Origin: the human T2T-CHM13v2.0 reference genome, Homo sapiens | NCBI RefSeq assembly: GCF_009914755.1 | Contig: NC_060928.1 | Length of the DNA stretch: 64,000 nt | Reading direction: 5' to 3' (one strand) | Shown: piece by piece, positions 42,002 to 58,969 of the stretch | Layout: each line of letters starts with the position of its first letter | Numbering within the stretch: the stretch's first letter is position 1 | The notes under the pieces: generated by a model | Told to the model about the DNA's origin: nothing | Database searches by the model: none | Seen by the model: the letters and a program-made list of their open reading frames with translations, nothing else | Position numbers and translations under genes: made by a program

Positions 42002-42716
42002 TAAGAAGTCAGGATAGTAGTTTTCATTCCTTAGATGGTACAAGTGTTGAGACAAATGAAACAAAAATTTAGAACAATAGAAAAATGTCAAAACTGTCCA
42101 GTAGATCCATATCTTACCCATCCTTCAAGCCTCAACTTCAATCCATCTGTGTTTTGTGTTGTACTTTTGGTTTTGATTATTTTTGTTGCTCTAATTTTTA
42201 CTCTTAGGCTACTAAAATGTTTTAAAACTTAGTTGGAGCAATAAGCTTTGCTGAATATAAATGATATCACTTAAATCAGTGTTCTGCCACTATAGGGACC
42301 ACATATGCAGCACATTCCCAGCAGTAATAGTTATCATTGCATGCAATGATTCTCACTGGGAGAGAAGGGGATTTTGGTGGGATTTTGGTGGGTAACAGGG
42401 GCAACAGCCTGTTACACACATTCCAGGTTGAAAATCACTGAGGTTGATGTTCTCAGGCTCTGTGTTACCACCATATTAGTAAGTAGAGCATTCCTTTGAT
42501 CAGGTACATACTTTATACATGTAAAATAGGTATGTTAATTATTAAATGTCTCATTAATATTGATGTCACCTATAATTAAGTTGTAACCATTTCTTCTCTC
42601 TTCTTTCTGTTTCTAGTCAGCAAAGTTTGTAAATTCTTTCATCAGAAACCCTTTCAGAAGTTTTTTCTTTCCGTATTAATTCCCTACCACAACTTCTTCC
42701 AGTTCAGTATATTTAA

Positions 42717-43060
<344 letters not shown>

Positions 43061-44011
43061 TTATGTCCTATTTTTTAAATAACCACCATATCAATATGAT
43101 TTTATTCAGGTTAACGCTTACTCTTCAAATATTTCTGTGATTTAAATCTAGACTTTTTATTCTGATATTTAAGGCCCTTTAGATTAAACTCCACCTTCCC
43201 TCAGTGCTTCATCCCTAGATTTTTCTTCCTAGTGAGATTATTCCATTCTGTTCCTCACATATATTTTTATATTCTTGTTTATACTCCTTATTTATAAGGC
43301 TGTTCTACTAGCAGCCTTTGCTCAAGTTCCTGAAATACTCAAAACTTTAAAAATCTATCATTTTGTCAAGGTTCAGACTAAGTCTATGCCTACCAGATAA
43401 CACATGACCAAACCACCCAATCCATTCTCTGTAGAATTTACTCTGTAGAATTCATTTGGCATTTTTATATTATTAATCACCTTTTTAAAAATGAGCATCT
43501 TCATGGTTTCCTTAGATGGAAAGCTCATTGACTAGCATCTTGCCTAGCACACTTGCATGTTGATTAAAATGTCAATAATGGCACACACAGTAATGAAATA
43601 TACTTTCCATATTTCTTCTGTTTATAATTGATTTTTTGCTTAAAACAAATATATTTTGAACAATGCTAAACTTTATAGTTTTACTTTCACTTAAATGAAT
43701 TATTCTAATACATGATATGATAATTCACAAAATGTCTAGAAGTCTAGGCTTAAATTATTAAATGGTCTTAAATATCCTGGGGCAGAGGAGAGAGAAGTTA
43801 GCTAATGAATAGAATCCATTGGTTAAGCTTTGGTAAAAAGAATTATGTTAAAGAAATAAATGCCCCTTATTGATCTATATTGTAAATCAATATTTATATG
43901 AAATTCACTGCAGATTGCATTGCCTGCATTATGGTGTTAGTGTAGATATAGAGCCTTTGTTTTGCTGTTATTTATACAGACTACCTAGATGATTCAAGTA
44001 GGATTTTTTTT

Positions 44012-47000
44012 TTTTAATTATACTTTAAGTTCTGGGTTACATGTGCAGAACTTGCAGTTTTGTTACATAGGTATACACGTGGCATGATGGTTTGCTGCAC
44101 CCATCAACCTGTCACCTACATTAGGTATTTCTCCTAATGTTATCCCTCCCCTAGCCCCCCACCCCCCACAGGCCTCAGTGTGTGATATTCCCCTCCCTGT
44201 GTCCATGTGTTCTCATTGTTCAACTCCCACTTATGAGTGAGAACATGTGGTGTTTGGTTTTCTGATCTTGTGACAGTTTGCTGAGAATGATGGTTTCTAG
44301 CTTCATCCATGTCACTGCAAAGGACATGAACTCATCCTTTTTTGTGGCTGCATAGTATTCCAAGGTGTATATGTGCCACATTTTCTTAATCCAGTCTATC
44401 ATCGATGAACATTTGGGTTGGTTCCACGTCTTTGCTATTGTGAATAGTGCCACAATAAACATACCTGTGTATGTGTCTTTATCCTAGAATGATTTATAAT
44501 CCTTTGGGTATATACCCAGTAATGGGATTGGTGGGTCAAATGGTATTTCCAGTTCTAGGTCCTTGAGGAATCTCCACACTGTCTTCCACAATGGTTGAAC
44601 TAATTTACACTCCCATCGACAGTGTAAAAGCATTCCTATTTTTCTGCAACCTCTCCAGCATCTGTTGTTTCTTGACTTTTTAATGATAGAGTTTTCTAAA
44701 TATACAATCATGTCATCTGCAAACAGAGACAATTTGACTTCGTCTCTTCCATTTTGAATACCCTTCATCACTTTCTCTTGCCTGATTTGACTTCATCTCT
44801 TCCTATTTGAATACCCTTTATTGCTTTCTCTTGCCTGATTGCCCTGGCCAGAACTTCCAATACTATGTTGAGTAGGAGTGGTGAGAGAGGGCATCCTTGT
44901 CTTGTGCCGGTTTTCAAAGGGAATGCTTCCAGTTTTTGTCCATTCAGTATAATATTGGCTGTGAGTTTGTCATAAATCTCTCTTATTATGTTGAGATACA
45001 TTCTATTGATACCTAGTTTATTGAGAGTTTTTAGCATGAAAGGCTGTTGAATTTTGTTGAAGGCCTTTTCTGTATCTATTGAAATAATCATGTGGTTTTT
45101 GTCATTGGTTCTGTTTATGTGATGGATTACATTTATTGATTTGTGTATGTTGAACCAGCCTTGCATCAGAGGGATGAAGCCCACTTGATCATGGCGGATA
45201 AGCTTTTTGATGTGCTGCTGGATTCGGTTTGCCAGAATTTTATTGAGGATTTTCACTTTAATGTTCATCAGGGATATTGGCCTAAAATTCTCTTTTTTTG
45301 TTGTGTCTCTGCGAGGCTTTGGTATCAGGATGATGCTGGCCTCATAAAATGAGTTAGGGAGGATTCCCTCTTTTTCTATTGATTGGAATAGTTTCAGAAG
45401 GAATGGTACCAGCTCCTCTTTGTACCTCTGGTAGAATTTGGCTGTGAATCCATCTGGTCCTGGACTTTTTTTGGTTGGTAGGCTATTGATTATTGCCTCA
45501 ATTTCAGAACCTGTTATTGGTCTACTCAGAGATTCAACTTCTTTCTGGTTTAGTCTTGGGAGGGTGTATGTGTCCAGAAATTTATCCATTTCTTCTACGT
45601 TTTCTAGTTTATTTGTGTAGAGGTATTTATAGTATTCTGTGATGGTAGTTTATATTCCTGTGGGATCGGTGGTGATATCCCTTTATGATTTTTTATTGCA
45701 TTTATTTGATTCTGCTCTCTTTTCTTCTTTATTAGTTTTGCTAGTGGTCTGTCTATTTTCTTGATCTTTTCAAAAACCAGCTCCTGGAACCAGTGATTGT
45801 TTTGAAGGGTTTTTTTGTGTCTCTATCTCCTTCAGTTTTGCTCTGAACCTAGTTATTTCTTGTCTTCTGCTAGTTTTTGAATTTATTTGCTCTTGCTTCT
45901 CTTGTTCCTTTAATTATGATGTTAGGGTGTCAATTTTAGGTATCTCCTGCTTTCTCTCGTGGGCATTTCATGCTATAAATTTCCTTCCACACACTGCCTT
46001 AAATGTGTCCCAGAGATTTGGGTACATTGTGTCTTTGTTCTCATTGGTTTTAAAGAACATCTTTATTTCTGCCTTCATTTTGTTAGTTACCCAGTAGTCA
46101 TTCTTGAGCAGGTTGTTCATTTTCCATCTAGTTGTGCGTATTTGAATGAGATTCTTAATCCTGATTTCTAATTTGGTTGCACTGTGGTCTGAGAGGCAGT
46201 TATTTCTGTTCTTTTACATTTGCTCGGGAGCGTTTTACTTCCAATTATGTGGTCGGTTTTAGATTAGGTGCTGCGAAGAATATATATTCTGTTGATTTGG
46301 GGTGTAGAGTTCTGTAGATGTCTATTAGGTCTGCTTGGTCCAGAACTGGGTTCAAGTCCTGGATATCCTTGTTAATTTTCTGTCTTGTTGATCTGCCTAA
46401 TATTGACAGTGGGGTGTTAAAGTCTCCCATTATTATTGCGTGGGAGTCTAAGTCCCTTTGTAGAAATCTAAGGACTTGCTTCATGAATCTGGGTGCTCCT
46501 GTATTGGGTGCATGTATATTTAGGATAGTTAGCTCTTCTTATTTAATTGATCCCTTTACCATTATGTAATGGTCTTCTTTGTCTCTTTTGATCTTTGTTG
46601 GTTTAAAGCCTGTTTTATCAGAGACCAGGATTGCAACCCCTGCTTTTTTTTTGCTTTCCATTTGCTTGGTAGATCTTCCTCCATCCCTTTATTTTGAGTC
46701 TATGTGTGTCTCTGCACATGAGATGGGTCTCCTGAATACAGCACACTGATGGGTCTTGACTCTTTATCCAATTTGCCAGTCTATGTCTTTTAATTGGGGC
46801 CTTTAGCCCATTTACATTTAAGGTTAATATTGTTATGTGTGAATTTGATCCTGTCATTATGATGTTAGCTGGTTAATTTGCCTGTTAGTTGATGCAGTTT
46901 CTTCATAGCGTCAATGGTCTTTAAATTTGGCATGTTTTTACAGTGGCAGGTACCGGTTGTTCCTATCCATGTTTAGTGCTTCCTTCAGGAGCTCTTGAAA

Positions 47001-48976
47001 GGCAGGCCTGGTGGTGACAAAGTATCTCAGCATTTGCTTGTCTGTAAAGGATTTTATTTCTCCTTCACTTAGGAAGCTTAGTTTGGCTGGATATAAAATT
47101 CTGGGTTGAAAATTCTTTTCTTTAAGAATGTTGAATATTGGCCCCCACTCTCTTCTGGCTTGTAGAGTTTCTGCAGAGAAATCCACCGTTAGTCTGATGG
47201 GCTTCTCTTTGTGGGTAACCTGACCTTCCTCTCTGGCTGCCCTTAACATTTTTTCCTGCATTTCAATCTTGGTGAATCTGACAATTATGTGTCTTTTGGT
47301 TGCTCTTCTCAAGGAGTATCTTTGTGGTGTTCTCTGTATTTCCTGAATTTGAATGTTGGCCTGCCTTGTTAGAGGTTGGGGAAGTTCTCCTGGATAATAT
47401 CCTGCAGAGTGTTTTCTAACTTGGTTCCATTCTCCCCATCACTTTCAGGTACACCAATCAAACATAGATTTGGTCTTTTCACATAGTCCCATATTTCTTG
47501 GAGGCTTCGTTAGTTTCTTTTCAGTCTTTTTTGTCTAATCTTGTCTTCTTGCTTTATTTCATTAATTAGATCTCCAATCACTGATATACTTTCTTCTGCA
47601 TGATTGAATCGGCTACTGAAGCTTGTGTATGCTTCACGAAGTTCTCGTACTATGTTTTTCAGCTCCATCAGGTTATTTAAGGTCTTCTCTACACTGTTTA
47701 TTCTAGTTAGCCATTTGTCTAACCTTTTTTCAAGGTTTTTAGCTCCCTTGCGATGGGTTAGAACATGCTCCTTTAGCTCGGAGAAGTTTGTTATTACTGA
47801 CCTTCTGAAGCCTACTTCTGTCAACTCTTCAAACTCGTTCTCCGACCAGTTTTGTTACCTTGCAGGTGAGGGGTTGTATTCCTTGAAGGAGAAGAGACAT
47901 TCTGGTTTTTGTAATTTTCAGCCTTTCTGCTCTGCTTTCTCCCCATCTTTGTGGTTTTATCTACCTTTGGTATTTGATGTTGGTGACCTACAGATGGTGT
48001 TTTGGTGTGGATGTCCTTTTTGTTGATGTTGATGCTATTCCTTTCTGTTTGTTAGTTTTCCTTCTAACAGACAGGCCCCTCAGCTGCAGGTCTGTTGGGG
48101 TTTGCTGGAGGTCCACTCCAGACCCTGTTTGCCTGGTTTTCACCAGTGGAGGCTGCACAACAGCAAATATTGCTGCCTGATCCTTCCTCTGGAAGCTTTG
48201 TCCCAGAGGGGCACCCGCCTGTATGAGGTGTCTGTTGGCCCCTAATGGGAGGTGTCTCCCAGTCAGGCTACACAGGGGTCAGGAATCCACTTGAGGAGGC
48301 AGTCTGTTCGTTATCGGAGCTCAAACGCCATGCTAGGAGAACCACTGCTCTCTTCAGAGCTGTCAGGCAGGGACATTTAAGTCTGCAGAAGCTGTCTGCT
48401 GCCTTTTGTTCAGATACGCCCTGCCCCTAGAGGTGGAATCTAGGGAGGCAGTAGGCCTTGCTGAGCTGTGGTGGGCTCTGCCCAGTTCAAGCTTCCCTGC
48501 TGCTTTGTTTACACCGTGAGCAGAGAACCAGCTACTCACTCCTCAGCAAGGGCAGACACCCCTCCCCTCAACCAACCTCCCGCATCCCAGGTTGATCTCA
48601 GACTGCTGTGCTAGCAGTGAGCAAGGCTCCGTGGGTGTCGGACCCGCTGAGCCAGGCACGGGAGGGGAACTCCTGGTCTGCTGGTTGGTAAGACCGTGGG
48701 AGAAGCTCAGTATTTCGGCAGGAGTGTATGGCTCCTCCAGGTACATTCACTCACAGCTTCCCTTGGCTAGGAAAGGGAAATCCCCTGACCCCTTGTGCTT
48801 CCTGGGTGAGGTGATGTCCTGCCCTGCTTTGGCTCGCCCTCCGTGGGCTGCACTCACTGTCCAACCAGTCCCAATGAGATGAACCAGGTACCTCAATTGG
48901 AAATGCAGAAATTACCTGTGTTCTGTGTCAGTCTCACTGGGAGCTGTAGACCGGAGCTGTTCCTATTCAGCCATCC
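44012..48976 (-). mobile_element. L1PA (about PA5-PA7) with both ends, internally deleted and inactive
   Basis: 5'UTR, ORF1 (46938-47824), ORF2 EN (MTGSNSHITILTLNVNG), RT ([14 protein letters not shown]) and 3'UTR all present but frameshifted. TSD AGGATTTTTTTT at 44000 and 48977, followed by TTTT/AA. Confidence 0.96.
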
Positions 48977-49343
48977 AGGATTTTTTTTAAAGCTATCTGT
49001 TTTTTCTTCATTTGAGAATGTTGGGAACACAGGAAACTGTTTTCTAATATTAAATTGTAGATGTCAGTCACCATGGGTTTTTAGAAGGATTAAAAATAAC
49101 TTTATTAAAGATCATGTTATAATGTTTGTTTAATTAAACAACATTTTCTTTCAAGCTAGTGCTATAAAAGGTGAATAATTGAACATTCGATCAAAGTGTT
49201 GATTAGAGAGGAAAGCTGAAAAGCTAACAATATGTATGACACTCTTAAATTTATACTTTGGATAATCTGCAGGTAAAGAGTTATATTTTGCTGTGTTCCC
49301 TGCAAGATCAACAACTCATTTATCTATTTTATTTTTAAATTAG

Positions 49344-49505
<162 letters not shown>

Positions 49506-49538
49506 TGATAGATTAAACATATGTTTTTACCTATATAG

Positions 49539-49621
49539 TGTGTGTGTCGTAGCTGTGGAGCATCGTCAGATCCTCTACCTTTTACAGAATTTGTGCGGTA
49601 CATTTCTACAACAGCCTTATG
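49539..49621 (+). CDS. USP53: USP53 coding exon 5
   Basis: TAG|CVCRSCGASSDPLPFTEFVRYISTTAL+TG|GTAAGA; 83 nt, after an 81-nt intron. Confidence 0.96.
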
Positions 49622-50199
49622 GTAAGAACCTATTAAAGCTTAATTATCAACGATATTAATAACATATTTAAGCACATTGAGCACTTATTTTATAAAATCA
49701 TAGCATACATGAATTTCCCCTCTCTGTCTGAGGCTACCAAGTATGCTGCTGTGAGATGTATTAAGTGATGTCTATCAAAGTTGGATGTTTGTAATTTGGC
49801 CTAATATATGTGTTACTTAGTGAAGTGTACATAATACTAGTTAAATTTTATATCTATTTAATTTATAACAAATTTTAGAACTGTGAAGGGGAGCATGAAA
49901 TGATAAACTGAATGTTAAATGGAACTATACATGGTTGCTTCATTTATGAGATGTTCTGTTTGTAATGGCCATATTTTCAGTCAGCTCCACTATGTCCCTT
50001 TCTGGTGATAAAAGCTAGGGTAAGCGGAGAAGAAAGAAAAATGTGAGCGTAATTCTCAGGTTATTGCATTTGAGGACTCATCATTCACTTTAAATAAAAA
50101 ATTTGCCATGCTTGCCTGCTCAGCTGCCCACTCACTCTCTCCCTTTCTGTCCATGAAAGATTAGCTCGTTAAGGATCTAAAAGTTATCCCTAGACCTTA

Positions 50200-50587
<388 letters not shown>

Positions 50588-51602
50588 TCATAAACATTTG
50601 CATACATTTTAATACAAAATACATAATATGGATCAATAATTATCAGTCAGAATATGTTAGTGCAACAGTTGATAAATGCTGCCAATATTTGTGTCAGTGT
50701 GCAAAGTAAATATCATGTTTATTCATTTCATATTATTTATCTTCCTGGCTTTATTGAGTATAAAATGTTATTTCATAAAGATTATTGAATAATAACAATT
50801 TCGTTATTTGGGTGTGTTTACTATCTTTCTTACATTTACAGACAAGTGAAAAACACTGATTTAGAGAAACATTCCTAAACTTCAGTCAAATTGTAGTCAG
50901 TCGTCAGTCATTTTTTTAAATTTCTATGAAAAGTAGGATGGTGTTCAAAGATAGACAATAAGTTAAAAACTAAAATTTTAATTCTACTTTAAAACTCTTG
51001 AATGAAATGACAGTGTTCTGAGGCAGAATGTTAGATAATAAGAATTACAGCCCCATCATTCTCTGCTTGGTAAACACTGCAAGTTGCAGGAGTGCACGCT
51101 TTGAATTCTAATTATAATATCCTTATTTGTATTGGTAATCAGTGTTGAATACCAGTTACTGAATGCTTACCATGTTCCAGGCTTTATGTTAAGTTGTTGC
51201 TTTTAATCTTAACCAAAATTCTATTTTGTTGATGAAGAAATAGGTTTAATGAGGTTAATCTAGTAAGTGGATGAATTAAGATTGAAACCCAGATCGGTCT
51301 GACTTCAAAATTTTTCTGGCTAACCACTACTCTAATGCTGTCAGTTTTGTAAAAGCAGTATATGCAATTTGAATGAGCTTATCAGATTTAGGGCTTTCTA
51401 GTGTACTCTTGAAGTGTTTGGATGGGTACATTTAGTTGTTACCAAATACTTGGAGATTATTTAAACTATTGAACTGTAAAATATATCCAGCTCTAGAATA
51501 GTTATATTACTGTTAAGTACAATCAGAACATCTAGAATGGAAACTAGTTAGTGTTTCAGCTTACATTACATTCCTTTTTGGAAATATTTAAATAGTTGTT
51601 TA

Positions 51603-51975
51603 AGTATTAGTCTGTTCTCATGCTGCTAATAAAGACATACTCAAGACTGGGTAATTTATAAAACAGAGAGGTTTAATTGACTCACAGTTCTATGTGGCTA
51701 AGTAGGCCTCACAGTCATGGCAGAAGGCAAGGAGGAGCAAAGTCACATCTTACATGGTGGCAGGCAAGAGAAGAGAATGAGAGTCAAGCAAAAGGTGTTT
51801 ATCCTTATGAAACCATCAGATCTTGTGAGACTTATTCACTACCACCAGAACAGTATCGGGGAAACTGCTCCCATGATTCAGTTGTCTCCAGCTGGGTCCC
51901 TCCCACAACACGAAGGAATTTTGGGAGCTACAATTCAAGATGAGATTTGAGTGGGGACACAGCCAAACCATATTA
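51603..51975 (-). mobile_element. THE1 (MaLR) solo LTR
   Basis: GTATTAGTCTGTTCTCATGCTGCTAATAAAGACATAC...GGGGACACAGCCAAACCATAT. Confidence 0.9.
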
Positions 51976-52096
51976 GTTACTTAATACCCTGATACATAAA
52001 AATATGTCTTTTAAGGAGGTTGAATAAAAAGTATCACAGTTACCCTGTAGTGTATTAAAAGGCCTGCCTGGGCTCTAATAAAATGATTAGTATCCT

Positions 52097-52393
52097 GGCT
52101 GAGCTCAGTGGCTCACGCCTGTAATCCCAGCACTTTGAGAGTCCGAGGTGGTTGGATCACTTGAGGTCAGGAGTTCAAGACCAGCCTGAGGAACATGGTG
52201 AAACTCCATCTCTACTAGAAATACAAAAATTAGCCAGATGTGGTGGCACGTGCCTGTAATCCCAGCTCCTCAAGAGGCTGAGGCATGAGAATCACTTTAA
52301 CCTGGGAGGTGGAGGTTGCGGTGAGCCAAGATTGCACCATTGCACTCCAGCCTGGGCGATAGAGTGAGACCCCATCTCAAAAAAAAAAAAAAA
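52097..52393 (+). mobile_element. AluS
   Basis: Dimeric Alu with polyA. Confidence 0.95.
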
Positions 52394-52917
52394 GGGGGGG
52401 GAGTAATATTCAAAATAAGAACAAAAGGAGTAAGTCTGGCTTTAAAATCTTTGGTTGTGACTTCTGCATTTAATCAGCAAAGGACCTTCTCCTAGCTGAA
52501 ATTGATAACATTGCTCCTAGGAACTTTGGGCTAGAGAGGGAGCCTTTCCTACAGTTTGTTGTTCTTGTTAGGGTAGGGTTTAAACTTAAGTTTCTACTCA
52601 TTAAGTAATAATACAAATAAAACATTTGCCTTAGAATTACCTCCAGACAGAGCATGTTAGCCTCATTTATCTAGTTCCAAACATATAATTTTGTGTTACT
52701 TTGTTTTCTTTATTTGAGCTAATTTTTTTCATTATATACTTGCCAAATTTAATAATTTTTCACTTTATGGAAATGTACTTTATGGTTAATTTTTCAGTCA
52801 TGGTCATGTTTTAGATAGAAAAAGTGATGCACATCTAAACTGACAATATTTTTCATGTGTAATTTATTAAAGTTTTAAGTTCATAGGCCAGATTTGGGAT
52901 TGCTTCTTTTTTTGTAG

Positions 52918-53023
52918 CAATGAGGTTGAAAGAATGTTGGAAAGGCATGAACGCTTTAAACCTGAAATGTTTGCAGAATTGCTACAAGCAGCAAATACAA
53001 CAGATGACTATAGGAAATGTCCT
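52918..53023 (+). CDS. USP53: USP53 coding exon 6
   Basis: TAG|C+[35 protein letters not shown]|GTAAGT; 106 nt restores the frame. Confidence 0.96.
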
Positions 53024-53604
53024 GTAAGTATAGTTTGGAGAATATTAGTATGCTTCTTGTTTTGTAGATTTGAAAATAGGCATTCAGATATTATCATGTA
53101 AATATTGATTCTATATCTAGAATTAGCTTTAAGAATTTTTAAAAAATATTATTTTAGATTATACCATGTGTATCATTTATCTTAGCATAAATTGTTTAAA
53201 AACTCCTAAGTTTGTGAAGCATATATTGATTAAATTTTTTCAAAGTTCTGAAATTTATCATTTGATTACAGAGAAAGTTTCTTTTCAGTAAACTTGATGA
53301 ATGATGAATGATACTCTTTTCTCATCTAATATATTTGTTACTGACTTCAAGAGTTTTATTTCTGCTTTTTTTTAGGTTGAATTCTTACTTTAACAGATTT
53401 ACAAAATTATCAAAGAATACTTTTATTTAAAATAAACTTCTTTTTTAATCAATAATTAAGACAAACAGCTTGTTAGAAGTCAATTTTTAGTATACTGAAT
53501 AAATTGCAGATATGTGTTAAAATTGTCATTATATAATGCAAACTGTGTAAGGCTGCCTGGTTTATCTGTTTTCATAATTTTAAAACTTTTATGTTTTTCT
53601 GTAG

Positions 53605-53811
<207 letters not shown>

Positions 53812-54040
53812 TGATGTTTTATCTGATAACGACAAGTTTAATCAAATCAGGCTAACTGGAATGCCTTTACTACATAGACTAGGAATGGCTTTCAATTACA
53901 AACTAAACTGTCTCATGGCTTTTGCTTCTTTCACTCTAAAATCATGATGATTGATGATTTTTTATGTATGGCCATGATTGTAAATATAAATATTGTTAAC
54001 TTAGAAAGGTTTAATATTTAAAATTCATCTAAAGCACTGA

Positions 54041-54353
<313 letters not shown>

Positions 54354-54780
54354 ATGATCTCTTGTTATGCTTGTTACTTTCTTGGTATATTTTGATTTGG
54401 TTCATGTTACAATTAAAGTTTTGGATAATTATCTTTTAGATAATATGTTTAATGAACATTCAAATATGTGATTCAGTCAAGAATTACCAGAAATGTGGAA
54501 TTTATCTCATATTTTGAATTTCTTTATGAAAAGTGTCAGTCATGTGTCATTAGAGATACTCTATTATTGCTAAACTAATTTGTAGTGAATTCGTTTTATT
54601 GGACTTAAAGTTTTATGAATGAATTAAAAGTGGTAATTCTGTTAACAATGTGATGTCAGTGGTGCCTTCAAGTAATAATATAATATTAGATTGGGGCAGT
54701 ATGCATGAGAAATATTTCATTATGTGTCAAAGACATGATTCATCTAATTATTCCTCATTTTACAAAAGATGTAGTGTTAA

Positions 54781-54978
<198 letters not shown>

Positions 54979-55419
54979 TGAAATAATTACTGTGATTTTT
55001 ACTTTTTGTTAATAAATGATATATTGATATTAATATTCAAAAGGATGATATAATTAATATGTAAAATAGTAATAAATGAACATGATGATAGCATCAGTAA
55101 GTTCAAACTTTCTTTTGTTATTCTTGAAATTGGCTTATTTTGAAGCCAGCTTTTAAACCAGTCCATTTCCAGAATAATAATAAGTAAACTAATGAATATT
55201 AGTATACAAATATGTAACTATCAGTGATCTGTGTGTCAGTGATGATCCTTTTTGCCTGACGCATACTTGCTATATTTACTTTTTTGTGGATGATTCACAG
55301 TAGTTTTGTATAACTAGTGATGAAAATATGCTTGCCTTTATTTTTATTATGACAATTTTTTTCAAATTTTGTGTGTAGAATACAGAAATAGATATATCAG
55401 TTATATCTTTTGGTAATTA

Positions 55420-55846
55420 CAGTTGACCCTTGAACAACATAGGAGTGCCAAGCCCTCTGTGCAGTTGAAAACCCACATACCACTTTCGACTCCCTCAAAA
55501 CTTAACTGCCAACAGCCTACTATTGACAGGCAGCCTTACCAAAAACATAAACAGTCAATTAACACATATTCTGTATGTTCTATATATTATATACTGTACT
55601 CTTACAGTAAAGTAAGCAAGAAAAAAAGTTACTTAGAAAATTATAAGCAAAAGAAAATATATTTACCACTCACTAAGTGGAAATGGATCATCATAAAGGT
55701 CTTCATCCTTGCTGTCTTCACGCTGAGTAGACTGAAGAGGAGGAAAAGGAAGATTGCTTTTGCTGTCTTGGGTGACAGAGGCAGAAGAAAATTCACATAT
55801 AAGTGAACCTGTGCAGTTCAAACCTGTGTTGTTCAAGGGCCAACTG
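55420..55846. mobile_element. Tigger2-family MITE with intact TIRs and TA TSDs
   Basis: TA|CAGTTGACCCTTGAACAACA ... TGTTGTTCAAGGGCCAACTG|TA. Confidence 0.9.
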
Positions 55847-56239
55847 TAATTTGTTTACTCAAATAGTAATAATATTGTCTAGAAAAGTAGTGAATAATAG
55901 TTCTTAATAAGGAGTATTGGAATCACGAGGAGCTTTTAAAAAAACATATATTCCTGGATTCCTAAAGTTTTGATTCAGTGGTGTAAAGCCAGGTATCTGA
56001 AATTTTAAGTTCTACAGGAAATTCAGACATAACACAGTTGAAAATTATTGGTCTTGTCAAGGCTTACTGGCTTTGGCAATCTTTATTAAGTAGTAAACTC
56101 ATTTAAAAATACAAGTTCTTTGGTTGTTATAAGCAAATGATGTAGAATTCTATTTAGTTCCATTTTATTAATATATAACAAAAGGCCATTTATCAGCACT
56201 GTGATTAAGACAATACAAATTCAAATGTTTGGTATTTAG

Positions 56240-58345
<2,106 letters not shown>

Positions 58346-58568
58346 TAAAATTTTTTGGTATTTATATTTAAAATCAGCACTTTGCTTGAATTACTTAGTA
58401 CTTTGATGTAGGAGTTTATTAAGTTTCATCTTGAGTTGATGTGTAACAACATTTGCAGCTTCTACTTTGCTTTTACATAGTTTAAATTGTTCAAAATTTG
58501 GAGGAAGAACTGGCTGTATTAATCACCCTGTGAAGTTTTTTATTTTATATTCACATTGACTCCTCAAA

Positions 58569-58762
58569 GCCTGGCCAACATGGTGAAACTCTGTCTCTAC
58601 TAAAAATACCAAAATTAGCCAGGTGTGGTGGCACATGCCTGTAATCCCAGCTACTCAGGAGATGGAGTCATGAGAATCCCTTGAACCTGGGAGGTGGAGG
58701 TTGCAGTGAGCCGAGACCGTGCCACTGAACTCCAGCCTGGGCGACTGTGAGACCTTTTCTCA

Positions 58763-58798
<36 letters not shown>

Positions 58799-58804
58799 AA
58801 CAAA
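58569..58804 (+). mobile_element. 5'-truncated Alu with (CAA)n tail
   Basis: Starts mid left arm; GACTCCTCAA repeated on both sides. Confidence 0.9.
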
Positions 58805-58969
58805 TGGACTCCTCAAGTCTCTTGGAATCCCCAGTGAGGAGGGTAAACAGCTGAATATGTGTAGTTCAAAAAAGCTCATCAGAATTGTTCTTAAAAGTCC
58901 CCTTGCCTGCAAAAATATTCTAGAATGCTTTGTGGTGTTTTTGTTTGGTTGGTTTTGTTTTGCTTTTAA

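Noticed and set aside
44768-45589. 273-aa reverse-transcriptase ORF as a novel RT system
   Set aside because: Ordinary L1 ORF2 fragment in a frameshifted, deleted L1PA
55231-55266. Box C (GTGATGA) and box D (CTGA) with a flanking stem, resembling a snoRNA
   Set aside because: Boxes are only 10 nt apart with no room for a guide; a simple hairpin explains it
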